A stretch of 53,927 nt of DNA from contig MU271486.1 in the NCBI GenBank assembly GCA_021432655.1, forward strand, positions 1 to 53,927, given 5' to 3'. The notes beneath the pieces are model-generated. The model was not told where the DNA came from. It did not search any database and was given only the letters and a program-made list of their open reading frames with translations. The DNA is from Atractiella rhizophila (Eukaryota). Made by a program: the position numbers and the translations under genes. Shown here in pieces: positions 49,411 to 53,927 of the stretch (position 1 is the stretch's first letter; the number at the start of each line of letters is the position of its first letter).

Positions 49411-50599
49411 ATGACACCATGGTCTATCTGTGCTACATTGACACCAGACAAGGAGGGAGCTTACATTCACTCTTCCATTGCTGTCGATGGAGCTCCAGTT
49501 TTTGGCTCTGATTCCGGAATTCATGTCTTTTCCACCGAGTCGAACAAGATCCAAAAGTCCATTCCGCTCCAAGGAGGATGCATAGCACTTGGAGGAGCTT
49601 CATCTTCTGGAACTGTATATGCTCTGTGCAGAGAAGAATGTAACAAGATCGATTGGCGATCCGGGAAGGTCACTCACAAGTTTCACGGAACAACTGGAAA
49701 GGACTACACGGCTCTTTCTCACGAGTGGGATAATATGGTAGTTCTAGGAACAACTACAACACTGAGGTCAAACGGCAGAGAAGAAGAAGGAGTCGTAGAA
49801 GTTTGGTGCGCTTTAGCTGTCGTCAACCCTTTGCAGTTGTTGAAACTAGTTAGGGATGCACGTAAAGCTACGGTCCCAACGCATTCATATTCAATCCACT
49901 CTGGTGATCTCACGTCCCTCGCTTGGGCCACGTTACCCTCCATAGAAAAGGTGCACCTGCTGTCGGGAGGCACGGACGGCATAGTCAATTTCATTGATCT
50001 CTCGATAGTGGACGAGGAAGATGCTGTCCTCCATACGGTTAACGTCGGAGTCTCTGTCGCAGAGGTCGTTCTCACGTCCCTGGGCTCAGAGCCACCGAGA
50101 AAGAGGCGGAAAGTGGATGTGGAAGGCAAAGAAGACGAGGGGAAGGGAACACTAACTGTTCGGACGGACATTGAAAGTGTAGGGAGTTGGACGTTCCTCG
50201 GCGATGGAGAGGAGGAAGGGTTTGTGGTTAAAGAGGAACTGAAGGAGGTTAGGAAAGAAGGAGAAATCGACTATGTTGTCTCTTTAGAGGTGGAACGAGG
50301 AAGAATGTGGGTTGGGGATAATCAGTAGGTTTCATGGTCGAGTTCCCTTCAGAGACTAATGTCGGTGAGAAGAGGCAACTTGAAGAGTCGTCGTCTGCCG
50401 TGGATATCCAAGAAAACAAATGAAACATGGTCGTTACCTAGTGGAAGTGGACACACGGACATTGTGCGCACGGTCTTATACGACGAACAAGTGCGGATTC
50501 TCTCAGACTGCGTTGCAGAACAATGATGACAGATGAGAATAGAACGACATTTGTTATTCCGGAGGAGAAGATGGAAGAATCGTCTGTTGGAAACGATGA
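49411..50599 (+). CDS. WD40-repeat protein, WDR89-like
   Basis: HSGDLTSLAW, LLSGGTDGIVNFIDLSIVDEEDAV, GHTDIVRTV, LFRRR-frame-shifted SGGEDGRIVCW in the last exon. Confidence 0.75.
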
Positions 50600-51210
50600 A
50601 CCTGCATGAAATAAAGCCGATATCATGGTCCAACACCTCACCAGGTCGGCGATATTTCTCACCGACGCTCACGTTCAAATTGTTGTTTGGTCCCTTTCAT
50701 CAGTTGGTGGCATTCAGCGCTATCTTTCGCCTCTCCAAACTATACATTATGAAGCATTGGATCGATCGACATACCGCTCACGCAATCCGTAATTGCACGG
50801 CTTATCAGTAGGCCATCGCTTTATATTACTTTGAAAAGTTGCATGCGATTCTGCCTTCAGACTCCAAGTATCACAGCCCATTATGGCTCTGCCTATCCAA
50901 GCATGTGGAGGGCAAATGAGCAGTCTAGGGAGAACAAAGGGCATCAAAGTTTGACAGCTCCCTACTTCCTTTCTTTGTTCTTAGCCTAGGGCAGTTCCTC
51001 CGAATAGGCCGCTAATGGCTGGATTATGCTTTACAACCCGTGACGATAACGGTCTGCCTGCACTGCGTTAGCAACTAATGAGTAGCCTGGACAAAGGGAT
51101 GGCTCATAAGTCGTCAACATCCCGATGCCTGAGGGGATCATACAAGTACCTCACCTGCTTCTTCACTCAGGTTTGTTGCACCCTACATCGACGGTTGGAG
51201 CAGAACAGGT

Positions 51211-53875
51211 ATGGCCCGTTCGAAACCTCGCTCTTTCAATGTTATCTCTGTGCGGCGACAGGAGGACGTCAACATCTCCTTCATTGACGTTACGCCAACT
51301 CTTGCGCCGTACACATTTGAACATCCTTCCGTCTCCAAGATCCAATGGATACCGACTTCACACCTTTCTCAAACGTCGCTGCCTCCTCCAGACCTCATAC
51401 AAAGGCGCTTTTGGGACCGTCGAAATTATGAACCAGCGAAAGTGTCGGATCTTTTACTCTTAACCCTCGTGGTGCTATTTGCTTTCCCTTTTGGTTTCGT
51501 TGTACCACAAGTTTTCTTGAAGGGTGTGTCTCTTTTTCAAGGACGGACAGTCATCGCCATAGTTGGAGGTTCTATTAACCTTTTACTCGCCATTCCCCTC
51601 ATCAAGATTGGGAGGAGAATTTACAGTGCAGCCGTTTGGAGCACTATCATTCACTCTGATATTCCGCTCAAAGGTTTGTATTTCTCTTTATAACTTCTGT
51701 TGGGCACATTTTCATGAACATTTAACGTCATCATACAGATCTCGACGCATTTAGTGACGTGGACCCAATTGCTGCAAGCAAGCTACTTTGGCATCGATTT
51801 TTACATCGGTCAAAGTACGGAAGAGAAGTAAGGTGTGTAAACTTCTTTCCAGAGTTTCCTCAAGTCTAATCAGACAACAACAAACAGGAGCTACGATCCG
51901 ACGAGATGGTCTGCTTTCGTCGTCTACTTCATCGCCGTCTGCGTTATTGCAGAGACCGGCGCATTCGCTTATGGAAGACTCGTTGACTTCTCCCTTTTTT
52001 CCGTTATTCAGGTCAGTCTTCCTTGTGATCAAGGAGTTTGATATTCATTGAGAAGAACAGATGGACAAATTTTTCAGCATTCCTGTTGTTGGAGACCTGA
52101 CACCCGCAAACTTGCAAGAGAATGAACTGCTCAGTTCAACAGCCAATCTCATTACATGGACACTAAATTCAGCTGCTTCAATCAATCTGCCCGCTTTACG
52201 GCAACTCGATCTGCAGAATGAGACGATCTACTTCGCTGAGCCAACTTTTGCGACATTTTCACAAGGGGTGCAAGGTATTCCCAGTAATTCTACTCTCATT
52301 CAGTGAGCTCACGAGCTCGTAATAGATACGACACCTGACCGATCTTCAGACACAAACGTGGAAGTCCAGGACAGCCTTTTTAATCTCAACATGCCTGAGG
52401 GTCATGGTCGACCACCAACACTGATACAACACCCAGCTTGGGGTTCACGAGTAAGTGTCGGGACTTCGTTTCTTGTTGTGACGCCTACTAAGTGTCGCTC
52501 AAGGTGGCTTGCTCGAAAATACCAAATATCACCATCGAGAGTAAACACACTGCAGAAACAGGACAGCTGCTCACAGTGCCTGTACCAATGTCAGTGATTG
52601 CCCCGCTCTATGATCGGTTGGACCTCAATGCGACGAATTTTGAGCCTCTCCCAACTTCTAAAACCAGCTCCTCTTCTTTGGACGAGCCCGATGATGGCGA
52701 ATTCTTCTTAGCAGGACCCAACTTCGATAACGGCGCCAGTTTGACGTTCAGGTCACACGACTTATCCTTAGGCAATGACTCTCGAGGATTTGCTAGTCTA
52801 GACTTCGTCTTCATTCGCCTCCATTCCAATCAGACGGAGCTACCAGTCGCAGATCTACCTGCAGTCTTCACCTATCAAGCGACTGAAACGCGAGCGGCCT
52901 TGATGGTTCGCATAGATGCAGCTGTTTGCGTCACATCTATCGAAAGTTATGTTGTGGAAAGCTTGAACACAACGAGTGGGGTAGAGATGAGAAGGGTGCT
53001 TTTTAAGGGAACGGACGCGGTCAATCACGGCGCAGACAACCTTATGAGTGCTAAAGATCTCTTCAAATTCTCGGGAGAGGTCGCTACAACCTTGGATTCC
53101 AATGGCAAGGCTATTGCGTAGGCGCTGTCTAATATTATTAGTATGTTCTGATGGGCTCTTACATTTGCGCAGATACGTCAATTCTCGTACGAGCTCTCGA
53201 AACCAGCTTTTGAAAGACAGCCTTCTGGACGTGCTATCCAGTCGATTCTACACCATCAATCCTACAATCCTTGAGATGGCGGAAACTGATTCCTCGCAGC
53301 CAACTACGAGAAGGTTCGTATCTTCGATTGTCTCCAACCCCAGATTTCATGACAGGAAACTAGCTATGTTCGACTGGACGAAGGAAAACTAGCAGATACT
53401 CTTGGAAGGACCAACGTTAGGTTCCTCATTCCGAACTTGGTCGGGGATGGCAGAGTGGCTGGGCGTGCTTTTGTCGCGGCAGAGCGCACCACGTCTGTTG
53501 ATCTTTCCACTTACTTTTTCAGGACGCTAAAGGTTCATTTAGCCCAATCATCAACATCTGGGGATTCGCTATCTACCTTGCCTCGTCTTGTTCGTTCCTC
53601 TTCCGCACTGTAGACCACGGTCTTGCTTACTTGCCATGCCTTATTCAGGGTTGGTCGGCCTGCTAGGCATTCTTTTTGTCCCAAAGCTCCCGTTGCTCCT
53701 TCCTTCTCGGGACCTCAGCCCATCTTCTTGGATGCTTGCATTCAGAGCTGATAACGTCGTCAATCCAGATGATTGGGAAGCATTTGGGAACGGAAGACTT
53801 GGACCTTATCAGAATTTAGATGAGATGAAGAGAGGAAAGATGGGTGAGGTAAGGGTAAGGTATGGACGATCTTAG
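51211..53875 (+). CDS. Uncharacterised multi-exon membrane protein (N-terminal TM helices, lumenal domain with N-x-S/T sites, C-terminal TM)
   Basis: Chain of + strand ORFs separated by short GT-AG introns; hydrophobic stretches; homologous pseudogene at 34.1-34.8 kb. Confidence 0.7.
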
Positions 53876-53927
53876 AGCTTAACCACAACCTGGGCATGTT
53901 GTTTGTATTGCTTCTCGCTTGTTCTCA

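Overview
Eukaryotic, intron-rich fungal DNA (about 50-nt GT-AG introns; basidiomycete-like by inference). The first 21 kb is a tandem array of genes that fuse a restriction-endonuclease-like (PD-(D/E)xK) N-terminal domain to a fungal-type (FunK1/Pkinase_fungal) kinase. Two paralogue types alternate. Type A keeps the PD...DxK motif; type B has lost it but keeps the kinase motifs. Almost every kinase 3' end is followed tail-to-tail by a truncated copy of the 3' end of a TAF8-like gene, whose only complete copy (18442-20875) closes the array. This points to repeated duplication with breakpoints in TAF8, plus mosaicism and a hypervariable kinase C-lobe. The rest of the window holds a divergent Pho80/PCL-like cyclin, an Ish1/Msc1 protein, two tandem 3-beta-HSD/epimerase genes, an SRPK-like kinase, a Kin4-like kinase, a BBE/AA7 FAD oxidase, an LtrA protein, a WDR89-like protein and an unknown membrane protein with an inverted pseudogene fragment 19 kb away. 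Gene models and family calls were made by eye without database searches. Some near-identical copies and homopolymer frameshifts could be assembly or sequencing artefacts.
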